Below, one piece after another: positions 8,909 to 18,583 of a stretch of 23,468 nt of DNA. The stretch is from a virus. Lineage: Duplodnaviria > Heunggongvirae > Uroviricota > Caudoviricetes. Both the position numbers and the translations under genes were made by a program. Location of the stretch: IMG/VR virus record IMGVR_UViG_2606217174_000011, one strand, 5' to 3'. A model generated the notes under the pieces. That model saw nothing but the letters and a program-made list of their open reading frames with translations, ran no database searches and was not told the origin of the DNA. Within the stretch, counting starts at the first letter, position 1. Each line of letters starts with the position of its first letter.

Positions 8909-9550
8909 TCAGCGACCAATCACCACAACCTGACCACCATCCCCTTCGTCTGCCGTGCTGATCTCCTGAGAAACCACGCGTGACCCCACGCGCATTTCAC
9001 CGTACAGAACCGGCAGAACATTGCCCTGGGCAACCATGTTATCCAGTGAAGAAAAATAGGTATTCTGTTTGCCGTTATCCGTTGTCTGTGTGCGGGGGGT
9101 TTTGGGTTTAGGGGCCAGCATCTGTGCAACACCGCCAAGCGTCATACTGGCACCGAGAGAAAACAGCAGATTACTCGCCATAATTCCTACCCCCGGCATC
9201 CATATAGCAACCGCCATAACAGCCGCCCCCAGCACAGCCTGAAACACACCGCCACTTTTGGCTCCTGCCAGACGCGGCACGATATGGATCACGGCACCAT
9301 TTTCCAGCGGCTCATTAAGACGGGCAGACAATTCGGTTTCACCTGCATCACGCCCGGCAATGCGTACCTGGTACCAGCCGTCGCTCAGTTTCTGACGAAA
9401 TGCCGGGATCTGCATGGCCAGCGCCCGGATGGCTTCGGACCCCGTTTTCACTCGAAGGTCGATGCGGCGGCCAAATCGTTGTAAATCCCCGTAAAGGCAG
9501 ATGCGCGCCATGCCCGGTGACGCCAGAGGGAGTGTGTGCGTCGCTGCCAT
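8909..9550 (-). CDS. I: Tail tip assembly protein I
   Basis: 213 aa, MAATHTLPLASPGMARICLYGDLQRFGRR...; overlaps the end of K by about 100 nt as in lambda. Confidence 0.85.
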   Translation of the reverse strand: MAATHTLPLASPGMARICLYGDLQRFGRRIDLRVKTGSEAIRALAMQIPAFRQKLSDGWYQVRIAGRDAGETELSARLNEPLENGAVIHIVPRLAGAKSGGVFQAVLGAAVMAVAIWMPGVGIMASNLLFSLGASMTLGGVAQMLAPKPKTPRTQTTDNGKQNTYFSSLDNMVAQGNVLPVLYGEMRVGSRVVSQEISTADEGDGGQVVVIGR

Positions 9551-10191
9551 TTGTCGGTATACCTCTCTCGTTTGCTCAGTTGTTCAGGAATATGGTGCAG
9601 CAGCTCGCCATCACCACAGTAAATGGCGGCATGATTCGGCACCGATGAACCAAAACAGCACAGCAGCACATCGCCCGGTTGTGCTGATGACAACGGCACC
9701 TGATACAGCCCTGTGGCCTCCAGATTATCCAGATAGAGATTCTGGCCGTTACGCCACCAGTCATCCTCACGATGAAAGTCCGGCATCTCAATCCCCGCCA
9801 GATGATAAGCATCCCGGAACAGTGTGTAACAGTCCGTCACACCGTGCTCAAAGCGCCGCCCGGTGAGATGCGGCACACAGCGGAACTTATGAATCGTCCC
9901 CCGGCAGACCAGCCACCACGGCAAATCACTCTGCACCTGCAGCCGCCGGTCGGCCTCACTCAGCCAGGGCAGACCACCGGGGTGGCTGTGGACCAGCGCC
10001 ACAATCTCACCCTGCATTTCTGCCTGCAGCCAGTCTTCCGGCGACATACGGAAATACGCCTCCGGCTCACCGGAGATATTCACGCAGGGAAAATATCTTT
10101 CCCCCTCCGGCGTGCTTACCACGAAGCCGCACGACTCCGCTGGCGCACATCGCCGGGCGTGCGCCAGAATCGCTGATTCTGTCTGTGTCAT
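9448..10191 (-). CDS. K: Tail tip assembly protein K (JAMM/MPN-like plus NlpC/P60-like); the classic 199-aa annotation would start at internal Met49 (about 10047)
   Basis: 247-codon ORF whose ATG lies 5 nt after the L stop. Contains HSHPGGLPWLSEAD (HxH-x7-S-xx-D) and an upstream ESCGFVV element that falls only in the longer form. Confidence 0.8.
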   Translation of the reverse strand: MTQTESAILAHARRCAPAESCGFVVSTPEGERYFPCVNISGEPEAYFRMSPEDWLQAEMQGEIVALVHSHPGGLPWLSEADRRLQVQSDLPWWLVCRGTIHKFRCVPHLTGRRFEHGVTDCYTLFRDAYHLAGIEMPDFHREDDWWRNGQNLYLDNLEATGLYQVPLSSAQPGDVLLCCFGSSVPNHAAIYCGDGELLHHIPEQLSKRERYTDKWQRRTHSLWRHRAWRASAFTGIYNDLAAASTFE

Positions 10192-10196
10192 GGGAT

Positions 10197-10895
10197 TTAC
10201 TGCGAAAGTTTGTTAATGGAAAGGAAGCCGCCAAAGTTGCCGACGTTATTGCGGAACTTACAACCGCTCAGGCATTTGCTGCATTTATCCTTCGTGATAT
10301 CGGACGTTGGCTGGTCATATTCATCCGCGACAGCCGGACCGCTATAACCGCACTCGTCACCGCGATAGGTCCAGGTGCAGGTGTTGGCCAGCATGATACG
10401 TCCCGGAAAAACAGCGCCATCCGTTTCCGTCGGCGTGGACAGTACAAAGGAGGCACTCACCGCGCTCAGTTCGCTGCACTGCTCAATGCGCCAGCGGCTG
10501 ATCACCTCCTGCTCCGGATCGGCTTCGCTGTTTCCGTTGACGAAGTTCACCGCATCCAGAAAACGGGCGTAAACCTTACGCCGGACCACCGTTCCGCCGA
10601 CCAGACTCTGCATATCTTCCGCCATCCCGGTGACCATACCGTACAGGTTAGAAACCGTCAGCGTGGGGCGCGTACTGGTGCCTTTGCCATTCAGTTCAAA
10701 ACCGCTCCCCTGAATGGGATACGGCTGATACTGTCGCCCCTGCCAGGTGACCGGCTCACCTTTTTCGTTCTGCTCATTACAGAAAAAATAACGTTCTCCA
10801 CCGACCTCTGTCAGGTCGATTTCCCAGAGCACCACGCTGGCCGACTGCTCCGCACGGGTGCATTCATTCAGTGTTTCCTGCCGGATATCCTGCAT
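10197..10895 (-). CDS. L: Tail tip assembly protein L
   Basis: 232 aa, same size as lambda L; cysteine-rich C-terminus; start overlaps the M stop. Confidence 0.9.
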   Translation of the reverse strand: MQDIRQETLNECTRAEQSASVVLWEIDLTEVGGERYFFCNEQNEKGEPVTWQGRQYQPYPIQGSGFELNGKGTSTRPTLTVSNLYGMVTGMAEDMQSLVGGTVVRRKVYARFLDAVNFVNGNSEADPEQEVISRWRIEQCSELSAVSASFVLSTPTETDGAVFPGRIMLANTCTWTYRGDECGYSGPAVADEYDQPTSDITKDKCSKCLSGCKFRNNVGNFGGFLSINKLSQ

Positions 10896-11224
10896 CAGTT
10901 CACCACCTGTTCAAACTCTGCGCTGAACTCAACACGCAACATACTGACCCGCGACGACCATTTTGCGCAGGTCACCTTTATCTGCCGCCACTCATAAGGC
11001 GGCGTCCACAGAAAGGATTTCCAGCCCCCGTGCTCTTCCAGAAACGACTCCAGTACCGTGGCCTCCTCACGGGGGACAGAAAGCGTCACGCTGTACGTTT
11101 TCAGGTTGGCATTCAGCCCGGCAGGCGCTCGCTGAGAATAGCCATCACCAAAGCGCACCTTTCTTACAGAAGGGACCGAAGCCACATCCATACCGGGTTT
11201 CACTTTCCAGCGGAAGGTCTTCAT
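10895..11224 (-). CDS. M: Tail tip assembly protein M
   Basis: 109 aa, same size and position as lambda M; overlaps the end of H by 4 nt. Confidence 0.9.
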   Translation of the reverse strand: MKTFRWKVKPGMDVASVPSVRKVRFGDGYSQRAPAGLNANLKTYSVTLSVPREEATVLESFLEEHGGWKSFLWTPPYEWRQIKVTCAKWSSRVSMLRVEFSAEFEQVVN

Positions 11225-13782
11225 CGTCCACCTCCGGAGAACAGGCCACCATCACGCATCTGTGTCTGAATTTCATCACGGGCACCCTTGCGGGCCATGT
11301 CATACACCGCCTTCAGAGCAGCCGGACCTATCTGCCCGTTCGTGCCGTCGTTGTTAATCACCACATGGTTATTCTGCTCAAACGTCCCGGACGCCTGCGA
11401 CCGGCTGTCTGCCATGCTGCCCGGTGTACCGACATAACCGCCGGTGGCATAGCCGCGCATCAGCCGGTAAAGATTCCCCACGCCAATCCGGCTGGTTACC
11501 TCCTTCGTGAAGACAAACTCACCACGGTGAACAATCCCCGCTGGCTCATATTTGCCGCCGGTTCCCGTAAATCCTCCGGTTGCAAAATGGAATTTCGCCG
11601 CAGCGGCCTGAATGGCTGTACCGCCTGACGCGGATGCGCCGCCACCAACAGCCCCGCCAATGGCGCTGCCGATACTCCCGACAATCCCCACCATTGCCTG
11701 CTTAAGCAGAATTTCTGTCATCATGGACAGCACGGAACGGGTGAAGCTGCGCCAGTTCTGCTCACTGCCGGTCAGCATCGCCGCCATATTCTGTGCAATA
11801 CCATCAAAGGTCTGCGTGGCTGCACTTTTTACCTGCGACATACTGTCCGTGGCGCTCTCTTCCCACTCACTCCAGCCGGACTTCAGGCCTGCCATCCAGT
11901 TCCCGCGAAGCTGGTCTTCAGCCGCCCAGGTCTTTTTCTGCTCTGACATGATGTTATTCAGCGCCAGCGGATTATCGCCATACTGTTCCTTCAGGCGCTG
12001 TTCCGTGGCTTCCCGTTCTGCCTGCCGGTCAGTCAGCCCCCGGCTTTTCGCATCAATGGCGGCCCGTTTTGCCCGTTGCTGCTGTGCGAATTTATCCGCC
12101 TGCTGCGCCAGCGCGTTCAGGCGCTCCTGATACGTAACCTTGTCGCCAAGTGCAGCCAGCTGGCGTTTGTACTCCAGCGTCTCATCTTTATGCGCCAGCA
12201 GGGATTTCTCCTGTGCAGACAGCTGGCGACGTTGCGCCGCCTCCTCCAGTACCGCGAACTGACTCTCCGCCTTCCACAAATCCCGGCGCTGCTGGCTGAT
12301 TTTCTCATTTGCTCCGGCATGCTTCTCCAGCGTCCGGAGTTCTGCCTGAAGCGTCAGCAGGGCAGCATGAGCACTGTCTTCCTGACGATCGCCCGCAGAC
12401 ACCTTCACGCCGGACTGTTTCGGCTTTTTCAGCGTCGCTTCATAATCCTTTTTCGCCGCCGCCATCAGCGTGTTGTAATCCGCCTGCAGGATTTTCCCGT
12501 CTTTCAGTGCCTTGTTCAGTTCTTCCTGACGGGCGGTATATTTCTCCAGCGGCGTCTGCAGCCGTTCGTAAGCCTTCTGCGCCTCTTCGGTATATTTCAG
12601 CCGTGACGCTTCGGTATCGCTCTGCTGCTGCGCATTTTTGTCCTGTTGACTCTGCTGCTCAGCCTTCTTTCGGGCGGCTTCAAGCGCAAGACGGGCCTTT
12701 TCACGATCATCCCAGTAACGCGCCCGCGCTTCATCGTTAACAAAATAATCATCCTTGCGCAGATTCCAGATATCGTCCGCTTTCTTAAACGCGGCCTCTG
12801 CCTTAATCAGCATCTCCTGCGCGGTATCAGGACGACCAATATCCAGCACCGCATCCCACATGGATTTGAATGCCCGTGCTGTCCTGTCTGCCCAGGTTTC
12901 CAGCGTGCCCATGTTCTCTTTCAGGCGGCGGGTCTGGTCATCAAACCCTTTCGTCGCGGCCTCGTTCGCCGCCTGCAATGCCCCGGCTTCTTCGCCGGAA
13001 CGCTGCAACTGAGCAACATACGCAATCTGCTCCGCCGTCACGTTATGGAACTGGCGCGCCATCGCTGTCAGCCCCGACGTCGGGTCAGTGGTCAGCTTCC
13101 CGAAGGCTTCAGCGACCTTGTCCACCTCCACGCCGGATGCAGAGGAGAAACGCGCCACACTCTGGCTGATGGACGCAATCTGAGCCTCACCGCTTACCCC
13201 CGCCTTAACCAGTGCGCTGAGTGACTCGCTGGTCTGGTTAAACGTCAGCCCTGCCGCCTGCCCGGCTCTGGACAGGACCAGCATACGATCTGCCGTCAGC
13301 CCGGCCTGATTGCCGGAAAGGACCAGCGTTTTGTTGAAATCGGACAGGGTTGAGTTGCCCTGATACCAGGCATACGCCAGCGCACCGGTCGCCACCGCCA
13401 GCGAGGTGGCCCCCACCATCGGCAGGGTGAGCGCACCGGCAAGCCCCCGGAACATGGGGATCATCCCGCCGAAGGAGTCCTTCACCTGACCCCCCTGTTG
13501 CAGCAGGATCAGCCACGGACTTTGCCCGCCTGCAAGCTGCGTGGCCACGTCAGTGAACTGCGCAGGCAGCATACGCATGGCGGCTTTATACTGCCCGACG
13601 GAAATTCCCGCTTTCTGTGCAGCCAGCGCCTGCCGGTTCATCGACTGTTCAACGACTGCCGCTGTTTTTTTCGCATCACTTTCCGTACCGGAAAAATGAC
13701 GCCTGACTCTGGCCATCTGCTCGTCAAATCTGGCCGCATCCAGACTCAAATCAACGACCAGATCGCCTACCGGTTCAGCCAT
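11221..13782 (-). CDS. H: Tail tape measure protein H
   Basis: 853 aa, same length as lambda H; coiled-coil-rich middle and glycine-rich C-terminal region. Confidence 0.9.
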   Translation of the reverse strand: MAEPVGDLVVDLSLDAARFDEQMARVRRHFSGTESDAKKTAAVVEQSMNRQALAAQKAGISVGQYKAAMRMLPAQFTDVATQLAGGQSPWLILLQQGGQVKDSFGGMIPMFRGLAGALTLPMVGATSLAVATGALAYAWYQGNSTLSDFNKTLVLSGNQAGLTADRMLVLSRAGQAAGLTFNQTSESLSALVKAGVSGEAQIASISQSVARFSSASGVEVDKVAEAFGKLTTDPTSGLTAMARQFHNVTAEQIAYVAQLQRSGEEAGALQAANEAATKGFDDQTRRLKENMGTLETWADRTARAFKSMWDAVLDIGRPDTAQEMLIKAEAAFKKADDIWNLRKDDYFVNDEARARYWDDREKARLALEAARKKAEQQSQQDKNAQQQSDTEASRLKYTEEAQKAYERLQTPLEKYTARQEELNKALKDGKILQADYNTLMAAAKKDYEATLKKPKQSGVKVSAGDRQEDSAHAALLTLQAELRTLEKHAGANEKISQQRRDLWKAESQFAVLEEAAQRRQLSAQEKSLLAHKDETLEYKRQLAALGDKVTYQERLNALAQQADKFAQQQRAKRAAIDAKSRGLTDRQAEREATEQRLKEQYGDNPLALNNIMSEQKKTWAAEDQLRGNWMAGLKSGWSEWEESATDSMSQVKSAATQTFDGIAQNMAAMLTGSEQNWRSFTRSVLSMMTEILLKQAMVGIVGSIGSAIGGAVGGGASASGGTAIQAAAAKFHFATGGFTGTGGKYEPAGIVHRGEFVFTKEVTSRIGVGNLYRLMRGYATGGYVGTPGSMADSRSQASGTFEQNNHVVINNDGTNGQIGPAALKAVYDMARKGARDEIQTQMRDGGLFSGGGR

Positions 13783-14209
13783 ACCGGACTCCTCCTGCGA
13801 TCCCTTCTGATACTGTCATCAGCATTACGTCATCCTCCGTCATGTCCGCCACATCCGGGGAAGTAGGGATAACTTCATTCCCGTCCGGGCCAAAGCGGAC
13901 ACCTCCGGCAAGCCCTGCCGCTTTCTGCATCAGCACATCATCTTCAGGCTCTTCGTCAGCCTCACGCCGGTTCAGCAAACTGAAATCCAGCGGATGCATA
14001 TCCGGATCGCTGAAAAACAGGCTGAGCACGGTGTACGTCAGCCCGGAAAAGTGCATATCCAGCAGAACATCATGAAAATAATGGGTACTGTAAAAGCGGT
14101 GCCAGTCGGCATACTCCGTGGATGACATCCCGGCAAGCATGGCACGCCAGTCGGGTCGCCCCATCTCACGCGCCAGTTTCAGGGCAAAACTCAGCTCACC
14201 GTCGAACAC
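13775..14209 (-). CDS. T: T reading frame of the tail assembly chaperone, expressed only as the G-T fusion by a programmed -1 frameshift (G-T spans 13775..14613)
   Basis: 144-codon ORF in the -1 frame relative to G, overlapping the G 3' end and the H start. There is no independent ATG; the track start codon is GTG, located immediately after the slippery heptamer. Confidence 0.8.
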   Translation of the reverse strand: MFDGELSFALKLAREMGRPDWRAMLAGMSSTEYADWHRFYSTHYFHDVLLDMHFSGLTYTVLSLFFSDPDMHPLDFSLLNRREADEEPEDDVLMQKAAGLAGGVRFGPDGNEVIPTSPDVADMTEDDVMLMTVSEGIAGGVRYG

Positions 14210-14613
14210 TTTCCCGCAAAAACAGGCTCTGCGGGCCCGGCGTCCTCTGTCTGTTCAGGGGCATTATTCACCACAAACTCATACATACCAGACAGCCGGT
14301 ACACCACGTTTTCAGCATGAGAAATTGCCTCCGTGGGCCAGGTGGTAAGCACTTCCTGCTCAATCTGTTTAACGGCTTCATTCATGGACGGCATCTGCGT
14401 CTTCTGCGGATGGTTATGCCACAGGGACATCGCCACCAGAAACGCGCCGGTTTTGATGGCGTCTTCCACAGTAAACTTCCGGTTGCTGTCTGACTCCGCC
14501 TGTTCTGCCTGCCGTTTCATCAGGGCGAGATGCTCAATACGCTGCAGGGCTGACAGTTCAGAAAGCGTGACGGTCACACCGTTATGTTCAAATGATTCGG
14601 TTTTCAGGAACAT
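14191..14613 (-). CDS. G: Tail assembly chaperone G
   Basis: 140 aa, same size as lambda G; ends ...AGKCSTVS with the slippery site 5 codons before the stop. Confidence 0.9.
   Translation of the reverse strand: MFLKTESFEHNGVTVTLSELSALQRIEHLALMKRQAEQAESDSNRKFTVEDAIKTGAFLVAMSLWHNHPQKTQMPSMNEAVKQIEQEVLTTWPTEAISHAENVVYRLSGMYEFVVNNAPEQTEDAGPAEPVFAGKCSTVS
14209..14215 (-). promoter_or_regulatory. Programmed -1 ribosomal frameshift slippery heptamer G GGA AAG (G to G-T)
   Basis: Minus strand reads ...TTT GCG GGA AAG TGT TCG ACG GTG AGC TGA in the G frame; after a -1 slip it reads GGG AAA GTG TTC GAC..., which is the T-frame ORF. Confidence 0.8.
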
Positions 14614-14628
14614 CGCTGACTCTCCGGA

Positions 14629-15369
14629 TTAACTGGCGGTGACGTTGATTTCTGCAACCGCAGCAAACTCACCATTACCGGATACGACCGGAATGTTGAC
14701 CTTGCCTGCAGCAACACCTTTCACGGTGATGGTCATACCACTGACCGACACGGTGGCTTTTGTTTTATCCGCAGACACCGCACGGAAGCTCTTGTCGGTT
14801 GCGCACTCCGGCTGGAATGCCACGGTCAGCGTGGTGCTCTGCCCTTTCACTACGGAAGCACTGGCGGGTGTCACCGTCATGCCGGTTGTCGCCGTCACCG
14901 TGCTGCGATCTTCTGCCATCGACGGACGTCCCACATTGGTGACTTTCACCGTGCGGGTGATCACTTCCTTCGCCGTCACCGCCTTACCGATACTGCTGAC
15001 CCAGCCACGGAACACATCGACCGTGCCGTTCGGGAAGCGGATTTTATAGGCACGGGTATCGCCTTCATTAAACCACGCCAGCAGCGCCTGCTGCCCCTGC
15101 TCTCCGGGCATCCACGCCAGCGTGAAGCTGGTATCTCCGGCAGATTTCTGCCCCTGCCCGGTCGCAGTCCAGTCCGCATTTTCATCATCGAGATAGCTGT
15201 CGTCATAGGACTCAGCGGTCAGTTCGCCGGGCGTCAGGTCTTTAACTTTTGCCAGACGCGACCAGTCAACGTCTGAAAGCGGATTCGCATAAGGGTCACC
15301 GCTCCCCTTATAAACCAACAGGGTGGTCCCGGCACCTTTCACCGGCATTGTAGGATTTGGTACAGGCAT
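14629..15369 (-). CDS. V: Major tail tube protein V (with C-terminal Ig-like domain)
   Basis: Track ORF is 256 aa; the recalled lambda V begins [16 protein letters not shown], which corresponds to Met11 of the track ORF, giving 246 aa. Confidence 0.9.
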   Translation of the reverse strand: MPVPNPTMPVKGAGTTLLVYKGSGDPYANPLSDVDWSRLAKVKDLTPGELTAESYDDSYLDDENADWTATGQGQKSAGDTSFTLAWMPGEQGQQALLAWFNEGDTRAYKIRFPNGTVDVFRGWVSSIGKAVTAKEVITRTVKVTNVGRPSMAEDRSTVTATTGMTVTPASASVVKGQSTTLTVAFQPECATDKSFRAVSADKTKATVSVSGMTITVKGVAAGKVNIPVVSGNGEFAAVAEINVTAS

Positions 15370-15376
15370 AGCGTCC

Positions 15377-15772
15377 TCACATTTCATAGGTAATGACATA
15401 CGTCAGATCGGCTGAACTCCACAGGCCCGCATCATCGTCGCGCCGGTAGTCATAGCCACTGGCCACCATACTGGTGATCAAATCTGACAGTGCCGGGATA
15501 TCGCTCATCACCGGATAAATCCGGGACTCCATCCACGAATCCAGCTCTGAATCCGGCACCTGAGCAGGCAGGAAAACTTCAATATGCAGCTCCGCCTGCC
15601 AGGTATCGCTGTCCAGCTCTTCGCCCGTGTATTCAGCGCCGGTGAGATAAACGGCAATTGCCGGAAAATCCGCCTCATCAAAAACAGCGGGGCGACCATC
15701 AAAAAGCGTCGCCCCGGTGTCATGCTTCTCCAGTGCATCCAGTACGGCTGCACGGAGTTCAGTATGTTTCAT
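15377..15772 (-). CDS. U: Tail terminator protein U
   Basis: 131 aa, same size and position as lambda U. Confidence 0.9.
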   Translation of the reverse strand: MKHTELRAAVLDALEKHDTGATLFDGRPAVFDEADFPAIAVYLTGAEYTGEELDSDTWQAELHIEVFLPAQVPDSELDSWMESRIYPVMSDIPALSDLITSMVASGYDYRRDDDAGLWSSADLTYVITYEM

Positions 15773-16347
15773 CGCTTTATTACCATTCTCAGTTGATGCT
15801 GCAGCGCATAGCCCAGCTCTTTCGGAAGACGTTCACGCCGTATCCGTTCAATATTCTGTTTAAACGCCGTGGTAAGCGGCACCGCCATCGGGATTTTCAC
15901 CACATCAATGGGGTAACGGTTTTTCCCGGCCACACGCTGCATGACATGCCACCGGCCATTTTTCAGTTGCTGAATAAACGCGCCGGGAATACGACGGTTT
16001 CCCACCACAAGCACGCTGCCGCCACCTTTCAGGGATGAACGCTGCCCCTTTTTACGACGTCTGCGGCGGGAAAGGACAACCCGCGCGTTACCCAGCTTGA
16101 TTACGGGCAAATCCCCCCGGTTAACCCTGATTCTGGCCTGCGGATTTTTGACCGTGGCCCTTTTCAGCCTGGCCCTTTCCTTTACCAGTTTCCGGCGTAC
16201 CTTTGTCTCACGGGCAACCTGTGCCACCGACTGCGATATCGCGGATGAAGCAACGCGGTTAATGGCCATTGCGGCGGCACCGGGCACCGCCGTTCTGCTG
16301 ATACGGCTGAGGTTTTCAACGGCCTGCTCAAGACCTTTTATGGCCAT
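15769..16347 (-). CDS. Z: Tail completion protein Z
   Basis: 192 aa, same size as lambda Z; 4-nt overlap with the U start. Confidence 0.9.
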   Translation of the reverse strand: MAIKGLEQAVENLSRISRTAVPGAAAMAINRVASSAISQSVAQVARETKVRRKLVKERARLKRATVKNPQARIRVNRGDLPVIKLGNARVVLSRRRRRKKGQRSSLKGGGSVLVVGNRRIPGAFIQQLKNGRWHVMQRVAGKNRYPIDVVKIPMAVPLTTAFKQNIERIRRERLPKELGYALQHQLRMVIKR

Positions 16348-16358
16348 ACATCCCCCTT

Positions 16359-16712
16359 TCAGCGGCGACGGTTAACGGCAGGCGGTACGCCCCGCCCAAG
16401 CCAGAGATGACAGCTTCCGCCATCATCCGGCGAAATCCGGTCTATCCAGAAGTTTTCCTCACCGATGGTCAGCGTGTCGCCGCGCCGCAGCTGCCGCACA
16501 TCATCAGTCCGGACAAACAGGGACGGGCTGGAGCCTTCAACGCGCACCCCCTGTCCGGCATAGCTGATATTTTCAGGGTCATCAAAAACACCACGTATCA
16601 CAGCACCGGACTGCTCACCGGATGTCATGGTGGCTGACGTTCCCATGTACCCGCGTATCGTTTCATCGGCGCGGGCAATGGCAGCATCGAACAGGTTATC
16701 GGAATCAGCCAC
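16359..16712 (-). CDS. FII: Head-tail connector protein FII
   Basis: 117 aa, same size and position as lambda FII. Confidence 0.9.
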   Translation of the reverse strand: MADSDNLFDAAIARADETIRGYMGTSATMTSGEQSGAVIRGVFDDPENISYAGQGVRVEGSSPSLFVRTDDVRQLRRGDTLTIGEENFWIDRISPDDGGSCHLWLGRGVPPAVNRRR

Positions 16713-16723
16713 AGCGCCTCCCG

Positions 16724-17119
16724 TTATTGCATTCTGGCCAGGCCATGTTCTGTCATTTCGGCTGCCACACCGGCAGAGACACGAAACGCCGTTCCCGGCA
16801 GCACAAATGCCACAGGCTCATCCCGCGTGGCGTGAAGTGCATCAGTATGCAGCGTCACCAGTGCCACGACCGTGACCAGAGCAGCCGTATCAATCACGGT
16901 ATCCGGCTGCGCTGATACCACCTCATTTTCATGTCCGGTCAGCGCATTTTCCGGGCTGACAGATGTGTCCTGACCGGCAGCGTCATCCGTGTCATCAAGC
17001 TCCTCTTCCAGCTCTGCCACACGGAGCACCAGTTCTTCTTTCGTCCCCGTCAGGCTGACATCACGGTTCAGTTGCTCACCCAGCACCTGAAGACGGGCAA
17101 TCAGTTCATCTTTCGTCAT
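16724..17119 (-). CDS. FI: DNA-packaging / head completion protein FI
   Basis: Track ORF is 144 aa; the recalled lambda FI starts MTKDELIARL..., which is Met14 of the track ORF, giving 132 aa. Confidence 0.85.
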   Translation of the reverse strand: MTKDELIARLQVLGEQLNRDVSLTGTKEELVLRVAELEEELDDTDDAAGQDTSVSPENALTGHENEVVSAQPDTVIDTAALVTVVALVTLHTDALHATRDEPVAFVLPGTAFRVSAGVAAEMTEHGLARMQ

Positions 17120-17160
17120 GGACTCCTCCACAGAGAGAAAATGGCCCCGAAGGGCCATGA

Positions 17161-18186
17161 TTACGCCAGTTGTACGGACACGAACGCATCAGGATCAGCC
17201 AGCAGCATCAGCGGTGCTGACTGAATCATGGTGAACTCACGCGCCGGATCGCCGGTGGTCACCCAGTTTTTCGGGTAGCGGGCAGAGGCGTTAATACCTT
17301 CGCGCTGTGCGTCCGCATCCTGAATGCAGCCATAGGTGCGCAGACCGCGTGCCTGAGTGTTCCCCAGCACCATCGTGTTGTCCGGCAGGAAGTTCTTTTT
17401 GACGTCGTTTTCCACGTACTGTCCGGAATACACGACGATCGCCGTATCGCCATACATCCCCTTATAGGACACCGCTTCGCCCAGGTCTTTTACCGCTGTC
17501 TCCAGTTCGGAATGAGAGCCGCGACGGGTATCCAGCTTCTCCTTGACGGCTTTGAAGGAACGGAACAGCGCCCAGCCTTTCGGATCAAACACGATGATAT
17601 TCACCACGCCGCTGGCGTTCAGCGCGTAGGCTTCGATATCGTCGGTCGGGTCATACGTGGACTTGTCACGCTTGCTCCACTCCGTGCCGCCGGACTGCGT
17701 GATGTTGTTCGCCGCACTGCGGCCCATATCCACCTCAACCGGATCGAAGGCTTCACCGGTCATGGTGTATTTGCCCTTGAGCACGGCAGAAACTGCCTGC
17801 ATCTCTTCGACCTGAGCAATGGCCAGCTCTTCGTCACGCATGTTCTGCAGGATGATGCGACGGCGGCGGTAAGCCGGGTCCGCCAGATTCTGCGGATCTT
17901 CATCCGGCAGGCGACGCAGGGTCATCTGCGGATTCACTTCATGCTTGGGTTTGACATATCCCGGCGTAAATTCAGAGGTGGAGCCGCCACGGGAACGGAT
18001 AACCTCACCGGAAACAATCGGCGAAACGTACAGCGCCATGTTTACCAGTCCCGGAATTTGTGAGAGATAGACTTTCTCCGTAGTGAAGGGATAGCTCTCA
18101 CGGAAAAAGAGACGCAGAAACAGCGGATCAAACTTAAATTTCTGCTCATTTGCCGCCAGCAGCTGGGCGGTTGTGTACATCGACAT
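17161..18186 (-). CDS. E: Major capsid protein E
   Basis: Track ORF is 350 aa; the recalled lambda E starts MSMYTTAQLLAANEQKF..., which is Met10, giving 341 aa. Confidence 0.9.
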   Translation of the reverse strand: MSMYTTAQLLAANEQKFKFDPLFLRLFFRESYPFTTEKVYLSQIPGLVNMALYVSPIVSGEVIRSRGGSTSEFTPGYVKPKHEVNPQMTLRRLPDEDPQNLADPAYRRRRIILQNMRDEELAIAQVEEMQAVSAVLKGKYTMTGEAFDPVEVDMGRSAANNITQSGGTEWSKRDKSTYDPTDDIEAYALNASGVVNIIVFDPKGWALFRSFKAVKEKLDTRRGSHSELETAVKDLGEAVSYKGMYGDTAIVVYSGQYVENDVKKNFLPDNTMVLGNTQARGLRTYGCIQDADAQREGINASARYPKNWVTTGDPAREFTMIQSAPLMLLADPDAFVSVQLA

Positions 18187-18241
18187 AAAAAAATCCCGTA
18201 AAAAAAGCCGCACAGGCGGCCTTTAGTGATGAAGGGTAAAG

Positions 18242-18574
18242 TTAAACGATGCTGATTGCCGTTCCGGCAAACGCGGTCCGTTTTTTCGTCTCGTCGCTGG
18301 CAGCCTCCGGCCAGAGCACATCCTCATAACGGAACGTGCCGGACTTGTAGAACGTCAGCGTGGTGCTGGTCTGGTCAGCATCAACCGCCAGAATGCCAAC
18401 GGCAGCACCGTCGGTGGTGCCATCCCACGCAACCAGCTTACGGGTGGAGGTATCCAGCATCAGCGGGGTCATTGCAGGCGCTTTCGCACTCAATCCGCCG
18501 GGCGCGGTTGCCGTATGTGCCGGGTCATTGTTGCCCAGCGGCTGGTAATGGGTAAAGGTTTCTTTGCTCGTCAT
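18242..18574 (-). CDS. D: Capsid decoration protein D
   Basis: Track ORF is 112 aa; the recalled lambda D starts [12 protein letters not shown]..., which is Met3, giving 110 aa. Confidence 0.9.
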   Translation of the reverse strand: MTSKETFTHYQPLGNNDPAHTATAPGGLSAKAPAMTPLMLDTSTRKLVAWDGTTDGAAVGILAVDADQTSTTLTFYKSGTFRYEDVLWPEAASDETKKRTAFAGTAISIV

Positions 18575-18583
18575 AAACATCCC

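Noticed and set aside
10185-10997. 270-aa plus-strand ORF
   Set aside because: Antisense to L and M; the minus-strand genes match lambda sizes exactly.
11612-13224. Several plus-strand ORFs of 143 to 192 aa (11612..12130, 12076..12606, 12309..12740, 12646..13224)
   Set aside because: All are antisense to the tape measure gene H; products are Arg/Leu/Cys-rich low-complexity.
17512-18063. 183-aa plus-strand ORF
   Set aside because: Antisense to the major capsid gene E.
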